Positions 40,267 through 52,948 of a stretch of DNA of 64,000 nt are shown piece after piece. Each line of letters opens with the position of its first letter. Position 1 is the first letter of the stretch. The notes under the pieces were generated by a model. The model was given only the letters and a program-made list of their open reading frames with translations. It had not been told where the DNA came from and ran no database searches. The translations under genes and the position numbers were made by a program. The DNA is from an uncultured Collinsella sp. (lineage in GTDB: Bacteria > Actinomycetota > Coriobacteriia > Coriobacteriales > Coriobacteriaceae), in NCBI GenBank assembly GCA_900551365.1, contig URVZ01000001.1:17393-81392 (forward strand), written 5' to 3'.

Positions 40267-41133
40267 ATGGATTGCCCGGTCACCGCTCGTCCCACCGTTA
40301 TCGTTATCTCCGACTCGCTCGGTGATACCGCTTGTGAGGTGGTGCTTGCGGCGTCCGGGCAATTTGATGAAGGGGCTTTTCGTCTCTTGCGCCTGCCCAA
40401 GGTGAACTCGGTGGAGCAGGTCAAGTCGTTTGTGGGTCCGCGCGTCGATGCCGATCATCGCGATATTGCCGTGTTCCACACCATTGTCGATCCGGCGCTT
40501 CGCGCCCGTGTGCTCGATTACCTGGGCATGCTGCATATCCGTTCGGTCGACCTGATCGGCCCGACGCTCGCCGTGCTGTCGTCGCTCATCGGTGTGCCGC
40601 CCAAGGGCGTTGCGGGCGTGATTCACAAGACCGATGACCGCTATTTCCATCGTATCGAGGCCATGGAGTATTTCGTTGAGCACGATGACGGGCGCGGCTG
40701 CGACGATCTGTCGGGTGCCGATATCGTGCTGCTGGGCGTATCGCGTACGTCCAAGACGCCGCTGTCGATGTATTTGGCCTATCAGGGCTACAAGGTCGCC
40801 AATGTCCCACTGGCGCATGGCATGGAGCCGCCCAAGTCGATTTACGAGGTCGACCCGATGCGCCTGTTCGGCCTGATTTCGACCGTCGATGTGATTTCCG
40901 AAATTCGCGATAGCCGCTTGGGCGATGACTACGCTCGTGCCGTTGCCGGCTCCTATGCCGAGCCTGAGAGCGTGCACAGCGAGCTCGAGGACGCCCGTGC
41001 GCTCATGAAGCGCCTAGGCTGCTTTGTGGTGCGTACCGACGGCAAGGCCATCGAGGAAAGCGCAGCCGAGATCATTAGCCACTTGGAGGAAATCCAAGAA
41101 GCCCGTGCCCGCCGCGCCGCCCGTCGAGCCTAA
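40267..41133 (+). CDS. Pyruvate phosphate dikinase regulatory kinase/phosphorylase (PDRP)
   Basis: 'ISDSLGDTA', 'HDDG' and 'GVSRTSKTPLS' motifs; upstream of ppdK. Confidence 0.93.
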   Translation: MDCPVTARPTVIVISDSLGDTACEVVLAASGQFDEGAFRLLRLPKVNSVEQVKSFVGPRVDADHRDIAVFHTIVDPALRARVLDYLGMLHIRSVDLIGPTLAVLSSLIGVPPKGVAGVIHKTDDRYFHRIEAMEYFVEHDDGRGCDDLSGADIVLLGVSRTSKTPLSMYLAYQGYKVANVPLAHGMEPPKSIYEVDPMRLFGLISTVDVISEIRDSRLGDDYARAVAGSYAEPESVHSELEDARALMKRLGCFVVRTDGKAIEESAAEIISHLEEIQEARARRAARRA

Positions 41134-41382
41134 TAGTAGCAGCATTTTGATAAAGCGATTTAGCAAAAATATCGCATCTGACCTGCACTTTCTTACAGTG
41201 GTATATTCATAAGGTAACCACCTTTACCTACCGTTTACCGCCAGTTTTAGCACGTTTACCAAACCGCGCATCCTCTGCTTAAGCCCGCTCAAAACCCGCC
41301 GTATAGTTCCCTCACGGCCCGCATTTGGCGGGTCGATTCGTTACCACGGTCGTGCGCGTAAGTGCATGAAAGGGGAAGTATC

Positions 41383-44133
<2,751 letters not shown>

Positions 44134-44174
44134 CGTTTTGGGTTCAGACGCCTAACGTAACCCCCCCCTTCATG

Positions 44175-44202
44175 CCGTCCGTCTCATTCGTGAGGCGGAC
44201 GG
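44175..44202 (+). terminator. Hairpin after ppdK
   Basis: CCGTCCGTCTCA-ttcg-TGAGGCGGACGG. Confidence 0.55.
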
Positions 44203-44345
44203 TTATCATGTGCGGGTTTTGTCTTTTTGTCTGCGTAAAAAATTGTTCTTGCAGCAGAAACCCGCGCGTGTATACTCGAATACGTTTGTTCAACTACGTG
44301 CCGGCCAGAGTGGTACGGCACCTCTAGAAGAGTAAGGAATTGCAC

Positions 44346-44687
44346 ATGGATTACATCCGCGCAATCGAGCGTCAGCAGATCCGCGAGGACATTCCTCAGG
44401 TTCGCGTCGCCGACAACGTCAAGGTTCACTACCGCATTAAGGAAGGCGACCGCGAGCGCATCCAGGTCTTCCAGGGCGACGTCATCCGCATGGCCGGCGC
44501 CGGTGCCCGCGAGACCTTCACCGTCCGCAAGATGTCCTTCGGTGTCGGTGTTGAGCGTACCTTCCCGCTTCACAGCCCCAAGATCGCCAAGCTCGAGGTC
44601 GTTCGTCATGGTCGCGTCCGTCGCGCCAAGCTGTACTACCTACGCGACAAGGTGGGCAAGGCTGCTCGCATCCCCGAGAAGCGCTAA
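44346..44687 (+). CDS. rplS: 50S ribosomal protein L19
   Basis: 'ERIQVFQG', 'GVGVERTFP' and '[10 protein letters not shown]' motifs. Confidence 0.97.
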   Translation: MDYIRAIERQQIREDIPQVRVADNVKVHYRIKEGDRERIQVFQGDVIRMAGAGARETFTVRKMSFGVGVERTFPLHSPKIAKLEVVRHGRVRRAKLYYLRDKVGKAARIPEKR

Positions 44688-44721
44688 GAAGATCGCAGCG
44701 TCTGTCCACTCGTTTGGACGT

Positions 44722-44751
44722 AAGGGTCACCTTCGGGTGGCCCTTCTTTTT
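44722..44751 (+). terminator. Terminator after rplS
   Basis: AAGGGTCACC-ttcg-GGTGGCCCTT followed by CTTTTT. Confidence 0.8.
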
Positions 44752-44780
44752 ATCTGATTTGCATGCAAGGAGGGCCTGGT

Positions 44781-45569
44781 ATGGCCAATATGACGAGCTC
44801 GGTTTCGGCATCGCAGGTTGCCGGAGAGCTGGCGAGCGCAACGTTTGAGGAGATCCCCGCCCTCGTGGAGCATTATCGCGAGGACCCGCGCCAGCAGGTG
44901 ATCAAGGCTTGTGAACGCGCCCTCAAACGCCATTCCAAAGAGGTTGCCGAGCGCGAGCGCGTCAATGGCATGTACGAGCTTATGCATGAGCTTGGCGGCG
45001 ATGGGGTGGTCGTTGGTGTCGACGAGGTGGGCCGTGGCTCGGTAGCGGGTCCCTTAACCGTGTGTGCCGTGTGCCTTCCCATGGAGCCGCGCGTCTGGGG
45101 CATCAACGATTCCAAAAAGCTCACGCCGGCGCGCCGCGAGCTGCTCTCTGTGAAGATTGCCGAGGTGGCGACGGCGATTGGTTTTTGCCATATCGCGCCT
45201 AAGGATATCGATGAGATGGGTATGGCCCGCGCCATCCGCGTTGCCGTCGCGGGCGCCGTGGCCGATACGGGACTTGAACCCGACTGCGTCCTCATGGATG
45301 GCAACCCCTTGGGCGCCGTTCCCAATGAGCGCGACGTGGTGAAGGGCGATGCCAAGATCGCCTGTATCGCCGCGGCGTCCATCATGGCCAAGGTCACGCG
45401 TGACGAGATGATGGTCGAGTACGACGCCGAGTACCCCGAGTACCATCTGGCCGAGTCGAAGGGCTATGCGAGCCCCGAGCACATCGAGGCCATTCGCAAA
45501 CATGGACTTTGTCCGCTGCACCGCGTGAGCTTTTGCGGAAACTTTCTGCAGACTGAGCGCCTTTTCTAG
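44781..45569 (+). CDS. rnhB: Ribonuclease HII
   Basis: 'GVDEVGRG', 'DSKKL' and 'KGD...IAAASIMAKVTRD' motifs. Confidence 0.95.
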   Translation: MANMTSSVSASQVAGELASATFEEIPALVEHYREDPRQQVIKACERALKRHSKEVAERERVNGMYELMHELGGDGVVVGVDEVGRGSVAGPLTVCAVCLPMEPRVWGINDSKKLTPARRELLSVKIAEVATAIGFCHIAPKDIDEMGMARAIRVAVAGAVADTGLEPDCVLMDGNPLGAVPNERDVVKGDAKIACIAAASIMAKVTRDEMMVEYDAEYPEYHLAESKGYASPEHIEAIRKHGLCPLHRVSFCGNFLQTERLF

Positions 45570-45758
45570 GTCAATTGTGGAGACAGGGACCTCTGGGGTT
45601 TTATAAACCTGCTGGTAGCGGGCCGTATGCAACACCATTGCTGCGTACGGCCCGTTTTTTGACGGCATTTGGTCAGCTTTTGGTTTGCTTCCGGTACTTA
45701 CCCGCATGAAAGGTGCTCTCATCATCGGGGCAATGCAGTGTGCGGGAAAGGAGACCCC

Positions 45759-46244
45759 ATGAGTGCCGCAAGCAAAAAGAGTAAGACGCAGCAGCTCAAG
45801 GAGTGTTGGGAAAACGGCAAGCTCGACTGCGGGGCGATGACGCCCGAGTTTATCAAGGGACTCAGTCCTCGCGAGCTGGGCATGCTGGGCGAGCTGATCA
45901 CCATCGACTACTTTAACGAGCGCGGCTACACCTTGCTGGAGCAGGGTTATCGTTGCACCGAGGGCGAGGCCGACCTGGTGCTGCTCGATGAGCTCGACGA
46001 TGTCGTGGTGATGGCCGAGGTCAAGACCAGACGCGTTGCGCTGGATTGCAGCACGCGGGTCTTTCCCGAGGAGGCCGTGGACGCCCAAAAGCAACGTCGC
46101 TACCGCCGCATCGCAAGTTGCTATCTCATGGAGCATTATCCGCTCAAGGCGATTCGCTTCGATGCCGTGGGCGTTACCATTCGCGGCGGGCATATCGCCG
46201 AGATCGAGCACCAGTGCAACGCGTTCGATTGGCAGGTGTCGTGA
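45759..46244 (+). CDS. yraN: YraN (UPF0102) family nuclease-like protein
   Basis: 'LGE....Y...GY', 'GEADLV', 'EVKTR' and 'RFD' motifs. Confidence 0.85.
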   Translation: MSAASKKSKTQQLKECWENGKLDCGAMTPEFIKGLSPRELGMLGELITIDYFNERGYTLLEQGYRCTEGEADLVLLDELDDVVVMAEVKTRRVALDCSTRVFPEEAVDAQKQRRYRRIASCYLMEHYPLKAIRFDAVGVTIRGGHIAEIEHQCNAFDWQVS

Positions 46245-47767
46245 TGGCGTTCGAGACGTTTGCCGTTCACGCGGCCTGCATCCGCGGCGTCGAGGCGATT
46301 CCCGTCACGGTCGAGGTCTCGCTTGCCGGCGGCGTTCCGGGCATCCAGATGCTCGGCATACCGAGTATGGAGGTGATGGAGTCGCGCGGTCGTATTCGCT
46401 GCGCGATGCGCTCCGCCGGGTTCGAGATCCCGCGCTCGGGCATTACGGTCAATCTGGCGCCCGGCGATATCCGCAAGACCGGTAGCGGCTTTGATCTGCC
46501 CATCGCCATCGCGGTATTGGCGGCCGATGGGCAGATTCCCCGCGACAACCTCGATCGTTGTCTTATCGCTGGTGAGCTTGGCTTGGACGGTACGGTGCTT
46601 CCTGTCAAGGGCGAGGTGGCGTTTCAGTTATTGGCGCGTGATTTGGGGCTGTCCTTTATCGCCGGCAGGTCAGACCAGCATGTGCCACTCGCGGGCGTGG
46701 ATTGCGGATTCATCGATCATTTGTCTCAGCTTGCTCATGGTATGGGCGATGCCGCGCGGCACTACTTGGATTCCGAGGGCGTCGAAGCGACCTTTGAGCC
46801 TGAGCTCGACTATGCCGACGTGCTGGGGCAGGAAGTCGCTAAACGCGGCATGGCGCTTGCGGCGGCAGGAGAACTCGGCTTGCTCATGATCGGGTCTCCG
46901 GGATCGGGCAAGACGATGCTCGCACGCCGTATGACCGGCATCCTGCCCGAGCTTTCCGTTGAGGATCAGCAGGAGGCACTGTGCATCCATTCGGTTTTGG
47001 GTGAGAACATTGATGGCTTGTTGGCGGGGCACCGCCCCTTCCGCAGTCCCCACCACAGTATTTCGACCGCAGGCCTTATCGGCGGCGGGCGCCCGGTGCA
47101 CCCGGGTGAGATCAGCCTTGCTCATGGCGGCGTGCTCTTTTTGGACGAGCTTGCCGAGTTTCCCACTGGCGTGCTGCAGACGCTGCGTCAGCCCATCGAG
47201 CGCGGCTACGTGAGGATCGTACGCGTCGACGGGGCTTTTACCTTCCCGTCGCGCTTTCAGCTGCTGGCTGCGAGCAATCCCTGCCCCTGCGGCTTTTTGG
47301 GCGATCGCGAGGTGCCGTGTCGCTGCTCGGCGGCGATGGTCGAGCGCTATCGGTCTAAACTGCGCGGTCCTTTGGCCGACCGTATCGACATGATGATCGA
47401 TGTGACCCGTCCCGACCCCCAAGTGATTATCGAGGGTGCGGAGGGCATGTCGTCGGCCGAGTTACGTGACTACGTTGTGCGCGGTCGCGCCTTTCGCGCT
47501 TGGCGCGAATCCCGCATGGACGATGCGGATGCCGAGGCCGAGGATGACGAGACACGGTCCATTGACGGCGTCGTTTCGACCTTTGAGCTCGATGATGCGG
47601 CGGAGAAGTGTGTGCTCGGCCTGTCGAAGCGCACGCATCTCACAGGGCGTGGCATCGTGCGCCTTGTTCGCATTGCGCGCACGATCGCAGATGTCGCCGA
47701 GAGCGAGCAGGTGACGCAGGACCACGTGCTCGAGGCGGCGATGTACCAGGGAAGGAGGGACCAATGA
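46244..47767 (+). CDS. comM: YifB/ComM Mg-chelatase-like AAA+ ATPase
   Basis: 'ITVNLAP', Walker A 'GSPGSGKT', 'PFRSPHH' and 'NPCPCG' motifs. Confidence 0.92.
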   Translation: MAFETFAVHAACIRGVEAIPVTVEVSLAGGVPGIQMLGIPSMEVMESRGRIRCAMRSAGFEIPRSGITVNLAPGDIRKTGSGFDLPIAIAVLAADGQIPRDNLDRCLIAGELGLDGTVLPVKGEVAFQLLARDLGLSFIAGRSDQHVPLAGVDCGFIDHLSQLAHGMGDAARHYLDSEGVEATFEPELDYADVLGQEVAKRGMALAAAGELGLLMIGSPGSGKTMLARRMTGILPELSVEDQQEALCIHSVLGENIDGLLAGHRPFRSPHHSISTAGLIGGGRPVHPGEISLAHGGVLFLDELAEFPTGVLQTLRQPIERGYVRIVRVDGAFTFPSRFQLLAASNPCPCGFLGDREVPCRCSAAMVERYRSKLRGPLADRIDMMIDVTRPDPQVIIEGAEGMSSAELRDYVVRGRAFRAWRESRMDDADAEAEDDETRSIDGVVSTFELDDAAEKCVLGLSKRTHLTGRGIVRLVRIARTIADVAESEQVTQDHVLEAAMYQGRRDQ

Positions 47768-48699
47768 TGGCTGAGGGGACCTTCGAGCTGCATCCAGGTG
47801 ACGCGTTGTATCCCGAGACCGTTTTGGAGCTTTCTGATGTACCTCAGACGCTCTATGTGCGCGGCAACCCCGAGGCGCTTTCGACGCCTGCGCTCTCCAT
47901 CATCGGTGCGCGAAAGGCCTCGCCGTATGGTCTTGCCGTGGCAGAGCTTGCGGCGAAGGTGGCGGTTGAGGCGGGAGTGACGGTAGTTTCGGGCGGTGCG
48001 GTCGGTTGTGACCAGGCCTCGGGTTGGGCTGCGGTCAACGCCGGCGGCAAACACGTTGTGGTGCTGGGGACGGGCGCCGACGTGGTCTACCCGCGTTCGA
48101 GCGCGGGGCTGATTACGCGCACGCTTGATACGGGTGGCGCGGTCGTGTCGATCTCTCCGTGGGGCATGGGTCCGCGCAAGTTCGCCTTTCCGCGCCGCAA
48201 TCGCGTAATCGCGGCCCTGTCGCAAGCCCTCTTTGTATCCGAGGCGGGTATGCCTTCTGGGACGTTTTCCACAGCCGAGGCTGCTATGGATTTGGGGCGC
48301 GAACTTCTTGCCGTGCCGGGGTCGATCCTATCGCCCGAGTCGCGTGGCACGAATTACCTCATTGCGAACGGTGCCTGCTGCATCGTCGACGAGGAATCTA
48401 TCGAGATGGCTATCTCACGCATCTACGGAACCCTGCGCTACTCGCGCCCCGATGCTCCCGGCATTGCCGACCTGGATCCAACGCAGCAGACCGTGATGCA
48501 TGCGCTCATCGCCTCTCCGCTCAAGGTCGACGACATCGCGGCGCTCGTCTCGCTCGATGCTGTCGGCGTACTCAAACTCTTGGGTTCGCTTGAACTCGAG
48601 GGTCTTATCGAGCGCATGATGGATGGAAGGTATGCGCCCTCCAAGTTTGCCCTTCACGCCCAGACACCCTTCGGTCACAATGGAAAACGTGTCAATTAG
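47764..48699 (+). CDS. dprA: DNA-processing protein DprA
   Basis: 'IIGARKASPYG', 'VSGGA.G.D' and 'FPRRNRVIA' motifs with a C-terminal winged helix. Confidence 0.93.
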   Translation: MMAEGTFELHPGDALYPETVLELSDVPQTLYVRGNPEALSTPALSIIGARKASPYGLAVAELAAKVAVEAGVTVVSGGAVGCDQASGWAAVNAGGKHVVVLGTGADVVYPRSSAGLITRTLDTGGAVVSISPWGMGPRKFAFPRRNRVIAALSQALFVSEAGMPSGTFSTAEAAMDLGRELLAVPGSILSPESRGTNYLIANGACCIVDEESIEMAISRIYGTLRYSRPDAPGIADLDPTQQTVMHALIASPLKVDDIAALVSLDAVGVLKLLGSLELEGLIERMMDGRYAPSKFALHAQTPFGHNGKRVN

Positions 48700-48707
48700 A
48701 AAGGTGT

Positions 48708-50051
48708 TTGCAGATGCAGTTCGATCAGGTGACAGTTATCGGTGGCGGTCTGGCGGGTTCGGAGTGCGCGATCCAGCTGGCAGATCGCGGTTTTGCCGTA
48801 AAGCTGTGCGAGATGCGCCCCCAGGTGAGCTCCCCGGCTCACCATACCGATCACCTGGCAGAGCTCGTCTGCTCGAATTCGTTTAAGTCGACCCGTCCGG
48901 ATTCCGCGGCTGGTTTGCTGAAGGCCGAGCTTGAGCGCATGGGTTCAGTCCTGCTCGATTGCGCCCATCGCGCGGCTGTTCCCGCCGGTGGCGCCTTGGC
49001 GGTCGACCGCGTCAAGTTTTCCGAGCTTGTCGAGGCCGAGGTTGCCGCTCGTCCCAATATCGAGGTCGTGCACGGTGAGGTCACACAGATTCCCGAGGGT
49101 CACGTGGTCATTGCCGCGGGCCCGCTGTGTTCACCGGCGCTGAGCGAAGAGGTTATGAAGCTCGTCGGTGGCGATGCCCTGGCATTCTTTGATGCGGCGG
49201 CGCCGATCGTCGATGCCTCCACGCTCGATATGGACGTGCTGTTCTCGCAGTCGCGCTACGAGGAGCAGGGGAGCGGCGACTATCTCAACGCTCCGCTCAA
49301 CAAGGAGGAGTACGAGGCCTTTATCGAGGCGCTTACCACGGCCGACCGCGTGGTGCTCAAAGACTTTGAGGGCGGCGATCTGTTCCAAGCCTGCCAGCCT
49401 GCCGAGGAAGTTGCGCGCACCGGCAAGGACGCCATTCGCTTTGGCGCCATGAAGCCCGTCGGCCTCACCGACTCGCGTACCGGACGTCGCCCCTGGGCGG
49501 CGATTCAGCTGCGTGCCGAGAACAAGGAGAAGACCGCCTATAACCTGGTGGGCTTCCAGACCAACTTGACCTTTGGCGAGCAGAAGCGCGTCTTCCATAT
49601 GGTGCCGGGCCTGGAGAACGCTGAGTTCTTCCGCTACGGTGTCATGCACCGCAATACCTTTGTCGACGCCCCTCACGTGCTCGATAGCACCTTTGCCGTT
49701 CCCGGTACCGGCGTGCGCCTGGCCGGTCAGATCACCGGCACCGAGGGGTACATGGAAGCCGTGGCGACAGGTCTGCTCGCGGCGCTCAACACCTATGCCG
49801 AGGCTATCGGTGCCGCGGGCGTCGAGTTGCCGCGTGTGGGCGCCCTGGGTGCGCTCGTGGGCTATGCGACCGATCCTGCCACCGTGGGCTATCAGCCTAT
49901 GCATGTCAACTTTGGCCTGGTGCCGCCACTCGAGGATGGTAAGCGCCGCAGCAAACGCGACCGCTATCAGGCTTATGCGGATCGCGCCCTCGAGGCCCTT
50001 GATGCCTACTTGGCCACGCGCTCCGACTTGTTTGGAGGCGACCGGTCATAG
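48708..50051 (+). CDS. trmFO: tRNA m5U54 methyltransferase TrmFO
   Basis: 'IGGGLAGSE', 'AELVCSNS', 'YGVMHRNT' and 'AGQITGTEGY' motifs. Confidence 0.95.
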   Translation: MQMQFDQVTVIGGGLAGSECAIQLADRGFAVKLCEMRPQVSSPAHHTDHLAELVCSNSFKSTRPDSAAGLLKAELERMGSVLLDCAHRAAVPAGGALAVDRVKFSELVEAEVAARPNIEVVHGEVTQIPEGHVVIAAGPLCSPALSEEVMKLVGGDALAFFDAAAPIVDASTLDMDVLFSQSRYEEQGSGDYLNAPLNKEEYEAFIEALTTADRVVLKDFEGGDLFQACQPAEEVARTGKDAIRFGAMKPVGLTDSRTGRRPWAAIQLRAENKEKTAYNLVGFQTNLTFGEQKRVFHMVPGLENAEFFRYGVMHRNTFVDAPHVLDSTFAVPGTGVRLAGQITGTEGYMEAVATGLLAALNTYAEAIGAAGVELPRVGALGALVGYATDPATVGYQPMHVNFGLVPPLEDGKRRSKRDRYQAYADRALEALDAYLATRSDLFGGDRS

Positions 50052-50968
50052 CCTTTGACCTGTACGACACCGTCGACTCGTTTATCGCCTATATCGCACG
50101 TGTTGAGGGACTTTCTCCCAACACGGTGACGGCCTATGGCTCGAGGCTAGAGCGCTTTGCTGTCTGGTGCGAGCGCGAGAATATTGATGCTTTCGCTGCC
50201 GACGTGCGCACCATTCGTCGCTATCTTGCCGAGCTTTCGCGTGAGCAGGTGGCTCCCCGAACGCTTGCGGCGCACCTGTCGGCTATTCGATCTCTCTATC
50301 GCTGGATGGCTGCCGAGGGGATTGTCGAGGGCGATGCGGTCTCGGCGATCGCATCGCCCAAGCTGCCACGTGACCTGCCGGGCGTCCTTACGACCCAGCA
50401 GGTTGAGGCGCTGCTCAAGACGCCTGATACCTCGACGCCCGCGGGACTGCGCGATGCGGCGATGCTTGAGTTGCTCTATGCCTCCGGCGCGCGAATCTCG
50501 GAGCTCGCGGCGCTCAACGTGGAGTCTATTGGTTGGTCCGAGCGAACGCTGCGACTTTGGGGCAAGGGGAGCAAGGAGCGTATCGTCCCTCTGTATCGTC
50601 GCGCACTCGAGGCGACGCGTCTCTATATTGAGGAGGGGAGGCCGGAGTTGCTCGCTCAGGCAAAGCGCCGTGACCCCGCTACCGGGCCGCATCCGCTGCT
50701 TATATCGGCGCGCGGCAATCGCATGAGTGCCGCCATGCTCAGGCGGCGGTTCCATACGCTGGCGACGCTCGCCGGCATTCCGGCCGACATTGCCCCGCAT
50801 GCGATGCGCCATACCTTTGCGACCGATTTGCTCGAGGGCGGTGCGGACCTGCGCTCGGTTCAAGAGCTGCTAGGTCATGCGAGCCTGTCCACGACGCAGA
50901 TCTACACGCATCTCACGCCCGATCGGCTCAAACGTGCCGTGGCTCAAGCCCATCCCCGCGGCGAATAG
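50048..50968 (+). CDS. xerC: Tyrosine recombinase XerC/XerD family (start uncertain)
   Basis: 'YASGARISE', 'GKGSKER', 'PHAMRHTFAT' and 'LLGHASLSTTQIY' motifs. The conserved N-terminal segment extends upstream of the first canonical start (50126). Confidence 0.9.
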   Translation: MAFDLYDTVDSFIAYIARVEGLSPNTVTAYGSRLERFAVWCERENIDAFAADVRTIRRYLAELSREQVAPRTLAAHLSAIRSLYRWMAAEGIVEGDAVSAIASPKLPRDLPGVLTTQQVEALLKTPDTSTPAGLRDAAMLELLYASGARISELAALNVESIGWSERTLRLWGKGSKERIVPLYRRALEATRLYIEEGRPELLAQAKRRDPATGPHPLLISARGNRMSAAMLRRRFHTLATLAGIPADIAPHAMRHTFATDLLEGGADLRSVQELLGHASLSTTQIYTHLTPDRLKRAVAQAHPRGE

Positions 50969-51017
50969 TGGCTGGGACGTCCCGCGCCGCACTCAGGTGT
51001 GTGGTTTTGATTGCGGG

Positions 51018-51187
51018 TTGGCAGGAAGATGCATTCCTGCTATCATTCATCGGGTTGCTTCACGGCAACATGTTTTTATCACGCACGCGCGGCTACTTCA
51101 TACCGTGGTGCCCGGGCTTTGGTAGCACATGTCCGGGTTGGTTTTGGAGGATGACCCCGCGCGGAGGCAAACCACAGGAGGTTTAAC
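51018..51187 (+). promoter_or_regulatory. rpsB promoter and long 5' leader (probable S2 autoregulatory RNA)
   Basis: TTGGCA-17 nt-TATCAT with TG extension, and a ~135-nt GC-rich leader before rpsB. Confidence 0.55.
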
Positions 51188-51916
51188 ATGGCTACCAAGA
51201 TTAATATCCGCACCCTGCTCGAGGCCGGCTGCCACTTCGGTCACCAGACCCGTCGCTGGAACCCCAAGATGAAGCCGTTCATCTTCGGTGAGCGCAACGG
51301 CATCTACATCCTCGACCTCAAGCAGACCATCCTCGACGCCGACCAGGCCTACACCTTCGTCAAGAACGTCGCCAAGGGCGGCAACGTGCTGTTCGTCGGC
51401 ACCAAGAAGCAGGCTCAGGAGGCCGTCAAGAACGCTGCTGAGCGCGCCAACATGCCTTACATCAACCAGCGTTGGCTCGGCGGCATGCTGACCAACTTCG
51501 TCACCATCCGCTCCCGCATCAACCGCATGGAGGAGCTCGAGGCCATGGTCGAGGACGGACGCATGGCTGTTCTGCCCAAGAAGGAGCAGGCTGTTCTCGG
51601 CAAGGAGCTCACCAAGCTCCAGACCAACCTCGGTGGCGCCCGCGACATGAAGGGTCTGCCCCAGGCTCTCTTCGTCATCGACACCAAGCGCGAGGAGAAC
51701 GCCATCAAGGAGGCCCAGCGCCTGAACATCCCCGTCGTCGCTCTGATCGACACCAACTCCGATCCCGACGAGGTCGAGTACGGCATCCCCTGCAACGATG
51801 ACGCTATCTCCGCTGTCACCCTTATGTGCGAGCTCATGGCTGACGCCTGCCTCGCTGGCTCCGGCAAGGAGCAGGTCTCCGAGGCCGAGATGGCCGCTGA
51901 GCCCAAGGCCGAGTAA
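51188..51916 (+). CDS. rpsB: 30S ribosomal protein S2
   Basis: '[19 protein letters not shown]' motif. Confidence 0.98.
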   Translation: MATKINIRTLLEAGCHFGHQTRRWNPKMKPFIFGERNGIYILDLKQTILDADQAYTFVKNVAKGGNVLFVGTKKQAQEAVKNAAERANMPYINQRWLGGMLTNFVTIRSRINRMEELEAMVEDGRMAVLPKKEQAVLGKELTKLQTNLGGARDMKGLPQALFVIDTKREENAIKEAQRLNIPVVALIDTNSDPDEVEYGIPCNDDAISAVTLMCELMADACLAGSGKEQVSEAEMAAEPKAE

Positions 51917-51961
51917 ATCAGTCTTAGTTAATTCTTTTTCATCTCTTTGAAAGGAACCACA

Positions 51962-52831
51962 ATGGCCCAGATTACCGCCGCTATGGTCAAGCAGCTCCGC
52001 GAGATGACCGACTCCCCGATGATGGAGTGCAAGAAGGCTCTCGTCGAGGCTGACGGCGACATGGACGCCGCTGTCGACGTTCTGCGTAAGAACGGCCTTG
52101 CCAAGGCTGCCAAGAAGGCTGGCCGTGAGACCAACGAGGGCGCTGTCGCCGCGTTCGTCTCCGAGGATGGCAAGACCGGCGCTCTGCTCGAGCTCTCCTG
52201 CGAGACCGACTTCGTTGGCTCCAACGCCAAGTTCACTGGCTTTGCTTCCAAGGTCGCTGAGGTTGTCGCTACCACCGAGCCTGCTGACGTCGACGCTCTG
52301 CTCGAGAAGCCGATGGGTGAGGAGACCGTTTCCTCCGAGCTCACCGAGATGATTCACATCATGGGCGAGAACATGAAGATCTCCCGCTTCGCTGCCCGCA
52401 AGGCTGAGAACGGCGCGCTCGCTTCTTACATCCACATGGGTGGTAAGATCGGCGTCCTCGTCGAGTTCGCCTTCGAGAAGGCCGAGACCGCTCAGGCTGA
52501 GTCCTTCAAGACCTTCGCTCACGACGTTGCCCTTCAGGTTGCCGCCGTCGCCCCGATCTGCGCTACCCGCGATCAGGTTCCGGCCGAGACCGTCGAGCAC
52601 GAGAAGCAGATCTACATGGCCCAGGCTGCCGAGTCCGGCAAGCCCGAGGCTATTCAGGAGAAGATGGCTGTCGGCCGTCTGGAGAAGTTCTACAAGCAGT
52701 CCGTGCTCACCGAGCAGGAGTTCATCAAGGACAGCTCCCTCACCATCAAGAAGTACGCTGAGCAGGTCTCCAAGGAGCTCAGCGACACCATTACCGTCGT
52801 TGCCTTTGACCGTCTGGTCCGTGGCGAGTAA
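51962..52831 (+). CDS. tsf: Elongation factor Ts
   Basis: 'VKQLREMT...MMECKKAL' and 'CETDFV' motifs. Confidence 0.97.
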   Translation: MAQITAAMVKQLREMTDSPMMECKKALVEADGDMDAAVDVLRKNGLAKAAKKAGRETNEGAVAAFVSEDGKTGALLELSCETDFVGSNAKFTGFASKVAEVVATTEPADVDALLEKPMGEETVSSELTEMIHIMGENMKISRFAARKAENGALASYIHMGGKIGVLVEFAFEKAETAQAESFKTFAHDVALQVAAVAPICATRDQVPAETVEHEKQIYMAQAAESGKPEAIQEKMAVGRLEKFYKQSVLTEQEFIKDSSLTIKKYAEQVSKELSDTITVVAFDRLVRGE

Positions 52832-52854
52832 ATAAGCTTTTGTAGCTGGTAATG

Positions 52855-52889
52855 AGCAGGCTGTGGGTTTTACTCACAGCCTGCTTTTT
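52855..52889 (+). terminator. Terminator after tsf
   Basis: AGCAGGCTGTGGG-tttta-CTCACAGCCTGCT followed by TTTT. Confidence 0.85.
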
Positions 52890-52948
52890 CATGGCTCTTA
52901 TCAGAGCCTTTGATATCATATTGAGAGTCTAATTAAAGGAGGATCGCT

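Noticed and set aside
37230..40424. 1064-aa minus-strand ORF and similar long antisense ORFs (13365-15092, 42061-43998, 51098-52600, 55707-57278, 59705-61417)
   Set aside because: These are shadow ORFs opposite well-conserved genes, expected in high-GC DNA with strong codon bias.
50048..50968. Tyrosine recombinase as the prophage integrase
   Set aside because: It sits in the conserved dprA-trmFO-xerC housekeeping context, 37 kb from the prophage end.
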